Shown here in pieces: positions 49,801 to 63,627 of a stretch of DNA of 64,000 nucleotides. The notes beneath the pieces are model-generated. The model ran no database searches and was not told where the DNA came from. It was given only the letters and a program-made list of their open reading frames with translations. Position 1 is the first letter of the stretch; each line of letters starts with the position of its first letter. The stretch is from Camelus dromedarius (taxonomy: Eukaryota). The translations under genes and the position numbers were made by a program. The stretch spans positions 92,940,001 through 93,004,000 of the forward strand of contig NC_087436.1 of the NCBI RefSeq assembly GCF_036321535.1, read 5' to 3'.

Positions 49801-51216
49801 AGCTTGTAAATGGAGCAATTGTGGCCCTGGAAAAGAGGCTGTCTCCCCAGGGTCACCCAAGTGGAATCTGGACACAAGAAAGCCTGTCCTCTAATGGGCC
49901 TCCTCCCCGAGCCCTTCCCACCTCTCGGCTCGGCTCGGGGCTGGTCTCCTTCATCAAGCTGAGAGCTAGAGGGCACAGCAGGAGACTCCTCTGCGAAGCT
50001 TCTCTTCCAAATGCCAGGCTATTCATAGCAACTTGCAGCGCCCCCAGGATTTCCCACAGACTGACTTTCCAGAGCTGACTATTGTCTCCCCACCCAGCAG
50101 CCTCGGGGCCTTTCACAGACCCAAGGACACACACGCTATCTCAAAGCACAAAATGCTTTGCAAACCACCCACTGGGAGTTCACCCAGGGAACTCCTGGAA
50201 GCTGAGAGGAGGCCGAGGCAAGTTGGGAGGGCAGGTTAGATTTTCCAGCAGCTCGACTGCTTGTCAGTAGTTTCACAAAGCAGATATGGTTTGTAAATGA
50301 CAAATGAGACATGGAGTGCCTTGGAACCTGAAGCCACATTTCCATTTATTGGGGGCGGGACCAGGGATGCTCCCAACCTCTCCCTGACAGCGCAGCTGGC
50401 TGCACGTGTGAATCACAAAACTCACTGACCGAAACTTTCAGCTGTAAGACAAAAGGGGTAGCCAAGGGTGACTCTCTTTGTTTTCTCTGATTGTCTCATT
50501 GGACTGAGGAGGTAGCTAATATCATCCTGTATCCTCAGACCATGAAAAGAACATAAGGAACTCTGTGCAAGTGTAGAGTGAGCTTCCCAAGCCAGAGTCA
50601 TATTGTTCTCAGTTAATCAAATTTGTCAAATCGTTCCCAGTGCCTTAGAGCTAAAGGGTGATACTTAGGACCATGGTAAACAAATCCCCAGCCATCTGCT
50701 CTGACAGCTGTTGGACCTTGAGCAAGAACTTGTACCCGCGGAGACTTCTGAGAGCCCCTAGGCACCGGGATGGACTAGAAGGGTTCAGTCATCAAGTGGC
50801 CAAAGGTTAAAACTACTAACAGCTCCTGGGATCTGTGCCCCCAGCCAGAGGTCCTCCCGGGAATGAGATACAAGCACAGAATTTCTCCTCTGCCCACCAG
50901 CCTCCAAACACCCCACTTTCTGAGGCCACTGGATATTTTTTCAATACCTTCAGCCTAACCTTAAACATCATGTGGTTAGTGAACTGCTGGGTTGAGACCG
51001 AATACATCTATTGATGCTGAAACAAGAGCTGTGCACTTCCAGCCAATTTAAAGAAATCTGCTCCGATGATCTGCTTGATTCTGTGGCTTTTAAGTGTGAG
51101 GGCTCAGAGAATTAGCTTGCAGTAAATTATTTCTGTGAAAGTTGTTTGTCTCTAATAAGTTAGTTTCGTGTGCCAATTTCATTAGGCCCACTGGATTTCA
51201 TAAAGGATGTTAGAAT

Positions 51217-51329
51217 AGGATGATCAGCCATCTCAGTCATCCTGAGATTGCCCTAGTTTTAAAACTGAAAACCTCCCATCCTGGGACAATCCCTCATTCC
51301 TGGACAAACTGGGAAAGTTTGTCACCATA
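51217..51329. mobile_element. MER94-like hAT element
   Basis: aggatgatca...gttttaaaactgaaa...catcctgggac...caaactgggaaagtttgtcaccat with degenerate TIRs. Confidence 0.55.
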
Positions 51330-51915
51330 CCAAGTTCTTTACCTTCCATCATGTCAAGATGTCCTGCTGAGTTTGAAAGCGTAGCAATGTAATAAACTCT
51401 GAGTTTTTGCATTTAAAATCTTAATGGAGTACACATTAAAAAGGGGGGTCTTCTGAAAGTGTGGAGGGGCTTCTCCCCTGGAGATCTGTTTATTTTATAA
51501 TTATCCAAGAGTAAAAGGACCCTTTGTGACATTTGGCGGGTGAAGGAATTCAGCATCCAGGCAGGCCACACTGAGTCACCACAGGTGGACATGCACTTTC
51601 TAGTGTTTTCATCTTTTTCTGTGTCCTCCTGTGTTTTAATCTTTCTCCTGGGTTCTTTAATCTCTCTTCTGTGTCCTTTCTGATAAGAAAAAAGAATGCA
51701 AGAGAGATTTTTACAAATCTGGGACATTTTATATTTCTATTTTTATACTTTTGGGCACTTGTGTGAAGAGATAAATTAGCAACAAATATTTAAATTGTGT
51801 AGCCCTCTCTTTTACTGAGTTCTTAAAAGAGCAAAGAGATTCTGTATCTTATTATCTATCCATATCTCAACTTTTATACTTGGTTTTTATATATTCCATT
51901 CAATCTGACCCAAGT

Positions 51916-52076
51916 CAGTGCTTTTTAAACTTGAATGTACCAACAAATCACCTTGGGGACCTTGTTAAAAATGCAGATTCTGATTCAGTAGATCTGGGGT
52001 GGAGCTCGAGATTCTGCATTTCCAACAAGCTCCTGGGTGCTGCTGGTAGTCTGAGGCCACATTTTAAGTAGCAAGG
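51916..52076. mobile_element. MER5A (hAT-Charlie)
   Basis: cttgttaaaaatgcagattctgattcagtagatctggggtggagctcgagattctgcatttccaacaagctcc. Confidence 0.9.
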
Positions 52077-53909
52077 TCCCAGGTGACTGGACCTCTGTTT
52101 TCTTTACCCTTAAGACAGTTCTAAAAAGAGAGAAGAAAAGTAGTTTAAAGGGAATGCAGGGAGAAATTGCACTTTACATCCGCAAAAATAATGCCTGTCA
52201 AGAAAGAATACTGTGTGCTTTAGCATGCAACCCAAATGCAATTAGAATTGAACCGAAACATCAGTGTACCTAGGAAAGGAAGGCAGATGGGAGGAAATAG
52301 AAGGAAATAAGGAGGGGGTGGCAATTACAGCGTCTGTGGCTGGAGGGGAGCCACTCTTCTTCAAAGTACCCCTCCCTTTCCTGGACTTGAGTAGCCAGGC
52401 ATTCCCCTTCCAAAGGTTGCTCCAAGTGTAAGCCCGTACTTTTGGTGCAAGGCAAAGGACTGTTTCAATTGGTTGCAAGAACCCTACCAAAAGACCCATT
52501 AAAGATGAAAAATGAAACATGCTCTGAAAAATGTACCAATCTTTCCCTGTTGGTTATAGTTTATTGTGTTTCTGAAGACACAAAAACAGATAATGAAATG
52601 CGTAAGTAAGTAGAAGAGGAAATATCATTAAGTCAAATGCCTGACAGAAAATGGATTATACTAAATCACATGCAGTTCTGATATTGGTTTACAATAACAA
52701 TTGTTAATGCAACTCAATGAATTTACTATTGCTCACACAGCCCTGGTTAATCAGATGACACTTTTAGGGGCAGAAAAGGAATTCTGAGATGAAATGTTTT
52801 AATTATTTAAGAACAAAATATATGTGCCTCAGAAATGGATGAGATGTTCTTGTTGCCCAAATTGCATCAGTTGTGACCTTTGGAGACTTCACATCCTTTA
52901 CCCTGAAAAGGAGCATCAAATACGGATGATTAAATTGTCACTAAGCACCAAAAAACTCCTCCAATGTGTGTTTATGTTCCGTGAAAAATGTGTAGCCAAG
53001 GCTCTCTCTCCAGTATGACTTTTACTTCCTGCTCTTTCAGGGGCTTTCGGCTCAAATAGAAAACTCATTTTTCGTACAGTTCATCACAGCAGAAGTGGTC
53101 CAAATTATGCTCCACATTTCTTTGTGTTTCCACAAATGCAAAGAGTATGCAATTGGAATACATAGATTTCATATTTTTCCCTTTCCCAGGAGTCTGCCTC
53201 TGTTCAATTGTCTCCTTTCTTTTTGTTTTGAACAGCCAGCTGCTCATAACTGTTCCTTTTGATATGATGTCCTCAAATGCTCTTTTAGATTGTGAAATCT
53301 TGGTAAGTGGAGCTGTTTATTGGCTCATCACCAAACACAGGTGGTTTCTCAGCCCAGCACACACTGATCCAGCTCTTTAGAAAACGCTGGTGCTGCTCCT
53401 TTGTCTCCAGTTGGATGAAAATCTCTCCATCACATCTTAGGTTTGATTTCCTCTCCTTTCCCTTGAGATGGGTGCATGGAGCTGATGGTGAAAAGGACAG
53501 AAGAGGGACAATGAAGGAGGGCCAGATTCAGTCTTCTGCCTCTGTAACTTTCACGTTCACATTCATGACCTCAGCTCAGAACCATGCACACACCTCTAGA
53601 ATGTTGTGCCATCTCAACAAGTCTCCACACATCAGACTCTGTTGCCAGTGGCAAGCCACAGCTCACAAACAACCATCTGTTTAAAATGTCTCTCCTTGCC
53701 TCCTTTTCTTTAATTTTCTCAGTCATTTGCACAGATTTCCACAATCATTCGATTTATATATAGTCTGGGCATTTAACCTTATAACTATCTTTCTCTATTT
53801 AAAGTCCTAATTTCCCACACTTTTTCCTATTCTCCACTACTGATCTGTGTATTTCTCACCCCGGCTAGTTACATCTGACTCTGTGCTCTCTGTTCCTGAG
53901 GGCACAGGG

Positions 53910-54605
53910 TCATTCACTCTTTCAATCACTGAGCAAATATTTTGGCAGTGCCTCCTATGTGGCAGGCACTGTTACAGGTGCTGGGGTCCAACACTGGTCC
54001 AGACAAAGTCCTGGCTTCTTTCAGTCTAGTGGTAGAATGGAGAGACAGTCAACAAGCATACAGACAAATAAATATGGTGATAAATGTCTAAGGTAAGGAA
54101 GTTGGGAGTACTGTAGCAGGGTTGGGGGGGTGTTGCTCTTTTATTAGGAGTAGACAGGGAACCCCACATCCGGGGCTACTACTGAGGGCTAGATTCCACA
54201 CATCTCCGGGGAGTGCCTTTCTCCTCGTGGTTGTTAGACATCTATGTAGTTCTGAAAATATTCTGGCAGATGGTACCAAATTATTTGAGAAAGAGGGTAC
54301 CTTTTTTCTAATTTGTCCATTTGGACTAATGTTGGGGTTTAATAAGGACACTTTAACAGAGACCGGGAAGGGGTGAGGCAGTGAGACACACAGCTGGCTG
54401 GCAGAAGAGTATTTCAGGCAGATGGACAGCAAACGTGAGGCTCTGAGCAGGAGCTTCGTAATATGTCAGAGGCACAAGGCCAGCGGCTGGAGCAGAGTGA
54501 GTGATGGGCAGGTGGCAGGAGGTGAGGCTGGGGTGGAGGAGGCAGATCATGGAGGGTTTGGGGGACCACCATAGGGACTTTGTCTTCCACTTGAATAGAA
54601 ACAGA
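53910..54605 (-). mobile_element. L2a fragments
   Basis: cactgagcaaatattttggcagtgcctcctatgtggcaggcactg; ggctggagcagagtgag...cagatcatggaggg. Confidence 0.7.
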
Positions 54606-55284
54606 AGGTAGGCAGTACATTTTAATTGTAGAAACATAGAAAAGCATAGAATAACCCAGAGAAGCAAACCATGTTTGGTAGGTTTGTTTCCACTGCCCAG
54701 AAGTTGTCCCTTGCAGTCTTCCGCACAGCACGCCAGGTGGGTTAGCTAAGGCAGGGTGAGTCTGTCTGGTCCACTTCCAAGACCCTTGCAGGTTTCAGTG
54801 CCTGGTACAGAAGAGTCCTCAGTGAAGAGTCGTTGGATGAATGATATATAATCAGGTGTATAAATATATTTCTGTCCCCATTGGGGGTCATACTTGTCAG
54901 GTAGATTTCTTTTTATGTTTGTTTCACTTAATTGGGCCCTCTAAAACGTTGAATTTGAAGCCAGCATGAATATAAGTAGATCCTAAATGTGCCAAGAAAT
55001 CACAGGCTCCTGTTTTGCCCATCTGTCGATCCACAGCCCAAGAAGTAAGTGCTCATATGAACAGACCCCGAAGGCTGAGCTGACTGATCTTGAGTCCCCT
55101 TGGTCCCTCCCTGGTTTCTTCCCTCCAGGTTACTAGAGTCCTTAGCCTGGTCCTGCCCAGAAATCTCTCCTGAGATTTTTTTCAATTCCTCTATCAATCA
55201 TCTGGAGAATTTTGCAGACATTTTGGAGGATTTCCTCCCCTATCCCAATTCAACATTCCTTCTAATTACAACAGGTACCACTTT

Positions 55285-55505
55285 TTAAATACTTACAACA
55301 GGCATGGTCCTATGCTAAGCCTCAAACAGGTGTTATCTCGTTCAATCCTCGTAACAACTCTCTGTGGTGGGCATCACCACTCTTATTTTATAGCTGAAAG
55401 AATTAGAGGTTTAGGAAGGCAAAGCGACTTTCCCAGAGTCACACAGCTTGTACGTGGGAGATTCTAATCAAGGTCCATCTGACTCTAAATTCCATGCTTC
55501 ACCCA
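55285..55505 (-). mobile_element. MIR SINE
   Basis: tatctcgttcaatcctcgtaacaactct...gactttcccagagtcacacagcttgt. Confidence 0.75.
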
Positions 55506-56419
55506 CCTTGACTAATGTCATCAGAGTCTACGTGTAATTTTGCACGTTGCTCTCTGCTTAGCTTCAGATGATAATTATTTATCCAAACTGTTCTAGTACC
55601 TTCAGCATCATCATTTGAAATGTCTCAATAATCTTCTGGGTGGATGTACCATGATTTACTCAACTGTCTTGCCACTCCCTGTCGGACATCTGGTTGTCGA
55701 GAATGTCGGAGCAGAGATGCGCAAGATTGGAAGTTCCGAGAGGCAGGAGGAGTATCCTGCTGCCGAGCCCCGGTAGTGAGATGGGAGCAACATAAAGTCC
55801 TGCTGGCCTAACGGGGCCAGGTGGAAGCCAGATGCTAGGAAGCCCGCGGCTCGGCAGGACCCAGCACTTGGCTCCTGGGAAGTGGTAGGGACACTGAACA
55901 AGGAGGGTACAGAAGGGGAAAGGGAGGTTCCAGACTTTTACATTTTCCTATATCTGCTTCTGGCCTATCTGGACACTTGGTCGGGCTGGACTCCAGATAA
56001 CATGGCATATTACAAGGGTTTGACATCAGAGGTCTGGGGGGCCTAGATGGGAATTATTGTCAAATTCTGATCCACTGCTACCATTTCTCTCTCTCTCTTT
56101 TTCTCTCTCATCCAAAGCATCTAGAGGATGACTAACAAGGGGTAAAAGAGACTCCTCTTCCTCTCCCCCTCCTCCCTCCTGGGGACTGGGTCTCTCTGCC
56201 CTCAGAAACCTTAGGGCTGTCAGTGATTGTTAGAGAGGCTGCTGCTTCCAACATTGCCCGGGGGAGATCACTGAGCCCCAGCCTGGCCCCGCCTCTCACA
56301 CAGTGCAGACCCTTCAGCTTCCCCCTCAGCTGTCTGGGCCACCCCTCGTGGGGGGCGGGTGGGCGATGGAGTGGACCCCAGCACAGGAGGCTGTCAGGTG
56401 GAAGGTAGAAGGGCACAGT

Positions 56420-56590
56420 TAAAATCGGAGTTTTTTTGAACTCTGGGTTAAAAATCCCAGCCCTGTCATTTATCTGTGTGACTCTGATTTGTGTTACTTC
56501 ATCTGACAGAACCTCAGTTTTCCTGTCTGTGAAATGGTGATGATAGTCCCTAACTTACAGGATTGCTGAAAGGATGAAGCAAAATTGAGC
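56420..56590 (+). mobile_element. MIR SINE
   Basis: aatcccagccctgtcatttatctgtgtgac...cctcagtttttcctgtctgtgaaatgg. Confidence 0.75.
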
Positions 56591-57209
56591 AACTGTGCGA
56601 TCAATACCTGTTTTCTGGACCTGATACCGTTGGCCTTAATAGCCAGAGGAACTATTTTCTTCTAGTTCAAAGACATATATATTTTGGTGTAATCTTCTAC
56701 TCAGTTAAACTGGTCCATTTATGCCTGGACGGATTAATTTACTAACCCTCCCTGCCCTCCCCCGAAGTGTTTGTTCTTCTAGGTTCACGGCTTGAATAGA
56801 GGAGATGTAGGTCCTTTTTGTTTGAAGGATACTGGGGCTTGGGGCGACCCTCAGGTGACCTTCCGTTCTTGTCACAGAATCTAGCTGGAGAGAAGTGAGC
56901 AGGAGGCATGGATATCATTTGTGATATTTTTATTCAAGAGTACATAAAGGCGTGTGTTATTATTTGTAGGGTGGATACAGAACCTGTCCTAACATTTGCA
57001 GGTGAGAGAGTGAGATACTCCTTTCTCAGGACAAGAAATTCTGTTGGCACTCTCTTTTTTTTCTGTCTTGGGAACCCAGAGGAGGAAAGCGTGACCCTGG
57101 GAGGAAAGTGTGACCAATAACTCCTGATGGGAAGTAACATCACTCTGTGATCTGTGTGGTTGTCATTTGTTAATACTGTGTGATTACAGAGCATTTAGAA
57201 AAATGAGAT

Positions 57210-57494
<285 letters not shown>

Positions 57495-60400
57495 CAAGTG
57501 TCTTGTATTTCCATAAAACATGTCATTATGGAAGAAGAAAAGTTATGTCCCAATAGTAAGAAGAGGTTTTAGGATTAAATTGTGCCTGTTTGCTAAGTGT
57601 CCACTTCTTCCTTATATTCCTCAATTCCTCGACTCACCCTATTTCTACTTTAATTTCTCCTATGACTGTAGCAAGTCACCACTTCTCTTTCTAGAATGTG
57701 GGTTCAGAATATTGTAATTGTTAACAATTTTAGCATAGAATCTTAGGACAAAACTGGAAAAAAATTAAAGTGCTGAATTGTTTCTAGAAACTATTTGATT
57801 AAGGGGATTTTAAATCACCAGTAATATTCATGGTTAATTATTCTAGAGGCACTTGTGTTTACTCAAATCTCAAAATTAACTGTGCATATAGTTTGCTTGG
57901 ATTGATATGTGAATGCTGTTTACCACAAATAATCTCTCAAAGCTCAGAATCCATTTTTAATTCCCTCCATTAGAATTTGGCTTTTGAACAAAATCTGTTT
58001 ACAGTTACTTAAAACTCCTTGTAAATATATAAACTCCAACTTGCTCTCGTTTAATTTCCCTGCCATTTTCATGGGCAATTTTTACATGAAATTTGTGTCA
58101 CCCTTAACAACCTAGACTTATTTTCTCATTTCCCTTTAATGGTTTTGTGTTCTAAGTTTAATTTAAGAATGGATTGCTTACATTTCACTTACAAATCTCC
58201 CTTCTAATCACTGTTATTAATATCACAATTTTGTTGTAATATCTGTAAGAGCACAAAATGTGTCCTCTTAAAGATGCATTTGCCAACCCCCAAACTGCAT
58301 ACATTTCAATTACGACTCTCCCTGGTAATTATTATTATTAATATCACAATTACCATTGTAATATCCATAAGACTGCAGAAGGTGTCCTGTCAAGGGTGCC
58401 GTTACAAACAGCTTTTTCAGTTTCCTCTTAAGAAAAATGTGGCAGACTTTATCTAAATTCAACTTCCCCTTATAATTTACGTTAGACAACACACTCCATC
58501 AATAAAACCATCAAAATGATCTACTGCACTGTAGACAAAAGTTATTGTGTCAAGTTGACACTAATCAGTTAATTCCAGTAAACCTTCAGATAAACAAAAG
58601 CTTGTTGTCTGTTACTGATGTGTGTGATGGGCCCCTTGTACGTCCTATGGTTCTGCCCATCTATGGAGATGTATCTGGCAGACACTTGCCCTGAGGCCTC
58701 TATATGGAAGCTGAGACAAGATGTATAGTTAATGATGTTGACCCTGACTCCCCCAACAGAGATTGAATTCAAGTCCTCATAATATCTCAACAGCTGATAT
58801 GTATACTGTGCTAATAATATTAACAATTACTATGCCACTGGGATTCCCCAGGCTTTGACCTAAAAAAGCGATTTTAAAGCGTCTTCCCTTACAGGAACTG
58901 ATTTCCTTGTTTCTATCCGTCATCAGCACCATCTCCCCATCAAGACAAGGAGGAGTTTCTGAATGGGGAAAGGCTTTTCTTAGTGTTGGTGTCTATATTT
59001 CTAAGAAATCCTTTGCAAGTTAAACAACTTCTGGACAAGCTGATCGTCCAGGTGATGGTCTGCGGAAGTATTTATAGTCACTGTTTCGCTGACAGGCTGG
59101 ACTTGTAGAAACTGGGGAGATTGCTGGCTTCACATTGTGACCATTGGCATGGATTGGAAAGCACTCCAAATGTTAACAGGTCTTCTCTGGTGTGGTTCTC
59201 CTTTGGACATGAAGGGTCAGCCTGCCCATCCCTGCTGGGCGTGACTGGGTGGCTCAGGAGTCAGAAACAGCCCGAGGGCCTCCTCCTCTAGCTGCTGGCC
59301 CACGGAGGAAGGGGAAGGAACTGAACTATACCTCTTCTCCTCACCGTGTTCTCTCCTTTCTCTCCTCCCCTCCCTGCTTCTCATTCCTCTGCAAAGACTG
59401 AATGGGAAAGGCCATGGCCGGCTCACAGGCCATGGAGAAGCTGAGGATGAAATGTTGACAGGGGGCACTGTCAGAAATTAAATTCTGTCCTATTTTGTGT
59501 ACCATTCTTGCGAGTCACATTCGTGAATAGTAGCGAGAGATTTAATGATCGCATATTTTTTATCTTATTTCCCTTCGGTCGATGGCAATTTTTTTCTGTT
59601 AATGTCAACTTAGAGCTCAAAGTAATTTAGTAATTGATTCTAAGCACAGCAGTTCGCCAATGGCAGCTCTCCATTTGTGGGGAATATCTTTGCTAATTTT
59701 ATCCATCAGAATGAGATTACCATGCTAATCTCTCCTATCTTCATCTCTTGGTCATTTGGGACATGCTGATGCAAATGACTTATTAGACACAAGGCCTTCA
59801 TCCATGCCCGGGAACAGGGAAAGATGAAAGGAAGCCAAGATAAGGATGTTATAATGCCCTCACGCACACAGATGGTATGCATACCTAATACTAAAATGAT
59901 AAGATCCTAAACTGGAAACCTGCATGAAAACTACTTTTGACACATGAAAGATACAATGGATTAAAGTATACTAAATATATTGAAAGGAAAGAGCATAAAG
60001 AATGAAGGCAGAACAAATGCATCTGGAGACACGTAATTGGAAACCTAAACATTCATTGGCCCAGGGAAACCACGAAAGTCCTAAGTCAGGTGGAGGGAGG
60101 GGGGCACCCTTAATGAGATTAAGTGGAGAAAACCAAAATGGCTGTGTTAACAAAAAGATTGAGGCTATATCTACAGACACAATCTGTCTGACTGTTTTCA
60201 GTGAATGGTTACTGACTAAGTTGGTGATTGGTTGTTCGTCTGATTTAATTAAAATGCTCAAGCCAGTGTGAGCGTGTGTGGTAAAAATAGCCTGAAACTA
60301 GTTTGGGTTACGCATACACAATAGGGTATTGTATCGCACAATGGGCTGAAAGGGCTTCCAAAGACATTTCTAGTAAATGGACACATTCTAAAACGCTTTG

Positions 60401-61059
60401 CTTTATGAAATAGCAAAATACTTAGAGGGAGTTCAGAAAAGACCAGTTAAATAATTCAGGTAAGAGGGGATTTCAGGGAAGAAAAATTAGCTAATATAGT
60501 AGCTGGGCGAGCATGTATGAAAGCAGGAAACCCCCCAGAGAGACAAAAAATATTTAGCACTGAAGATGCCTGATGTGAGATCAAAAGAGGAAAATCTAGA
60601 TATTAAGTGAATAAATAAATCTTGTCTTTATTCTCCTCAAACCGGAGGGAGAGTAAACCAACATCACAGTCATTTTATCTTTAAAAAGCCAAAACCTTGT
60701 TACCAAAATAATAAAAATACATCATGAAAAACCTAAAACAAGACTGTTTTCAAGTTTTAATCATCAGCCCTAGTGTTTCAAATGTTTTGTGCTCAAACGC
60801 TGCTACACAATGTCAGTAGCCTAAACAATAGGACAAAAACCTCAAATGCATGTTTGCTGTCACAGACCCCTAACCTGAGTCTGACATCACCCTTCCCAAA
60901 CCCGGGGTTTTCTCTTGACTTCCCAGTTCTGACCAAAGAGGCAGAGTTCTGAAACTTAGGAGTTATCTTCAGATCCTCCAAGTCAGGGAATTGTGTTTGG
61001 GTCCTTGCCTCCTGTTCTTTCCTTTCACTCCCAATTCCCTCTTTTTTTTAAATTTTTTT

Positions 61060-61360
61060 TTTTATTTTTTAGGGATAAAACAAATGTTTTCTTTGTGGTT
61101 ACTTATAGCAGTAGGTAAAGACCAGGGTTCAAGATACAGAATTCGAAGCTAAGTTTCTCCAGTTGTATCTTGTTTTATAGCTTTGACTTTGGAACCATGT
61201 AAATAGTTTACATAATTATAAAGCAAATTACGCTGAAAAAGAAAACCAAGATTCAAAAGCAAAATTAACCAAATGGATTTACGTATGTGTTAGCTTGATG
61301 ACATAACCACACAGACAGGAACTATTTCAAAAAACTTTAAAACAGTAATTTGTCAGCTTT
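61060..61360 (+). mobile_element. Old L1 (L1MC4/5-like) 3' fragment
   Basis: gacataaccacacagacaggaactatttcaaaaaactttaaaacagtaatttg. Confidence 0.5.
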
Positions 61361-61456
61361 CGATTCATTCGTGTCTTTATTTTTGTACGAGTCCATGCTT
61401 CTTAGCCTGCCACGCTGAACGTTACTGCCAGGGGACTCTTGTTGAGTTAGTGTCAG

Positions 61457-62050
61457 ACTGGGCTGGGACTAGGATAAGAATGATGTGCTCACTTTGGGTG
61501 TAACATTTAAGGGGATGCCAAAACACACAGTAAGTAAGGTAAATATTATTTTAATGCCATATTTCTTTTTTTAAAATTTTTTTTTGGTCCAACTATTTTA
61601 TTTATTTATTTATTTATATTTTGGGGGAGGGATGGAGGTCATTAAGTTTATTTTTTTACTTATTTAACGGAGGTACTGGGGATTGAACCCAGGACCTTGT
61701 GCATGCCAAGCACACATTCTACCACTGAGCTATACCCTCCACCTTTTAATGCCATATTTCTTAAAAAATCAAAATTAATGCCAAAGAAATCCATGATGAG
61801 CAAAATATCAAAATTTAAAATAAGGATCAGGATGCAACCCTGTGCTTGCATAACTCCACGTCACCCTCATCTAGTCCCTAGTTTCAGTCAAACTTTATTT
61901 ACAAAAAGAGCTAAAAAGGAACTGGGGGGCCATGTTATGTTTTTTAAATATCACATTATAGTATTATTTATCTTGATTATCTGAGTTTTTTGGTGTCGCC
62001 TTAAATTTTGCACCCAAGGAGAGTGCTCTGCTGACCTCACCCCAGTCTCA
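61457..62050. mobile_element. MER96B-like hAT element interrupted by a SINE
   Basis: gggactagga...catttaaggggatgccaaaa...aatcaaaattaatgccaaagaaatccatgatgagcaaaatatcaaaattt, mirrored at the right end by ttttttggtgtcgccttaaattttgcaccc. Confidence 0.7.
61568..61743 (-). mobile_element. Vic-1-like SINE with perfect 19-bp TSD
   Basis: TSD ttttaatgccatatttctt at 61549-61567 and 61744-61762; A box TAGCTCAGTGG and B box GGTTCAATCC intact. Confidence 0.9.
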
Positions 62051-62139
62051 CTCTCACCCTGTTGTTCATCAAATCAAGGGCAAATTCCTCAACCTGGCAT
62101 TTTAGGATTTTTTTTTAACTCTCCTGATTAACTTTGTGG

Positions 62140-62350
62140 GCTTTGAACTAGTCAGTCCTAAGTACAGACCCTGGCTTCTGCCACTCACCAGCTGTGGCCA
62201 GCTCGGGTAAGTGACTACCTTTCGGCCTCTTAGTTTCCTCATCTGTTAATGACGATTAAATGTTTACAGAAGACATCGTCCTATTTTTCAGTCTTACCAG
62301 TCCACTGCTGCAAAAATGCACAAGTCTTTATAAAGTGTTTCACATACATG
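62140..62350 (+). mobile_element. MIR SINE
   Basis: cctggcttctgccactcaccagctgtg...gggtaagtgact...cttagtttcctcatctgt. Confidence 0.65.
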
Positions 62351-62452
62351 TTCTCACTGAAGCCTGATAATAACCACATTAGGGAGATTTGATGCTGCTT
62401 CCTCCAGCCTGAACCTCCTTCCCCCTCAACTCCACAAGTTAAAATCTTAGCC

Positions 62453-63047
62453 CTAAATTGAAAGGACACCTGCACCCCAGTGTTCATAGCAGCACTATTT
62501 ACAATAGCCAAGACATGGAAGCAACATAAGTGTCCATCAACAGATGATTAAAGAAGTTGTAGTGTATGTGTACTATAGAATACTACTCAGCCATAAAAAA
62601 GAATGAACATTTTTTTTCATTCTTTCATTTGCAGCAACATGGATACACCTGGAGATTGTCATACTAAGTGAAATAAGCCAGAAAGAGAAAGAAAAATACC
62701 ATATGATGTCACTCATATGTGGAATCTAGAAGAATGACACAAATGAACTTATTTATAAGACAGAAACAGACTCACAGACATAGATAACAAACATGGTTAC
62801 CAGGGGAAAGGGGGTGGGGAGGAATAAAATGGGAGTTTGGGATTTGCAGATACTAACTAATACATGTAAAATAGATAAACAACAAGGTCTTACTGTATAT
62901 CACAGGGAACTATATTCAATATCTTTGTAGTAGCCTATAATAAAAAAGAATATGAAAAGGAATATATGTATATATGTGTACAACTGAACCACTATGCTGT
63001 ACACCAGAAATTAACACATTGTAAATCAACTATACTTCAATTAAAAC
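62453..63047 (+). mobile_element. Younger artiodactyl-type L1, 5'-truncated 3' end
   Basis: acacctgcaccccagtgttcatagcagcactatttacaatagccaagacatgg...cacagggaactatattcaatatc...aatcaactatacttcaat; TSD aaaatcttagcc (62441-62452) / aaagtcttagcc (63048-63059). Confidence 0.9.
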
Positions 63048-63627
63048 AAAGTCTTAGCCAACTTTTAAAGCCAACTTCAAAACTACCACTTATATGAAGG
63101 TTTTCTAAGTTCCCCACACCCATGCGACAGTAACAAACTTGAGTTTAACACCTGCTATGTGACAGTCATTCAGGATTCATTGCTGAACACAATGGAGGTA
63201 TGCCCTGCCTTCATGGAGATGGAATCCAATGATGCAAACGGACAAATAAACTACTAAACAAACAAGTAAAATAATTATAATTAATAAATAATAAACAAAA
63301 GTCCTAATTATTATAAACAACAAAGTCAATATGGTTATATCTTAATTAAATTAAACGTAATTAAATTAATTCTAACATACTTAAAAATAATTCCAGGTGG
63401 ACATAATTCAAAGGCCCTGAGCCACAAGAGCTTGGTTTTTGTGTTCAATGTGCTTGAAGTGGAAGAAGGGTAATAAAGCTTGAGGAGGATGATATGGTGC
63501 AGTTTTCTATGAACATTGAGGTTACTTTCATATATATTTCTTATGACCATTATCTCTCCCCATTTTATGCTGTGGTCAGCTGTACCCTAGTCTGGTTCCA
63601 GTACTGAACAAATTTAAAAGCTTGGGT

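Noticed and set aside
49237..50078. Longest track ORFs (150 and 156 aa)
   Set aside because: Non-ATG starts, no recognisable homology, overlapping ORFs on both strands and no supporting splice architecture noticed; consistent with chance.
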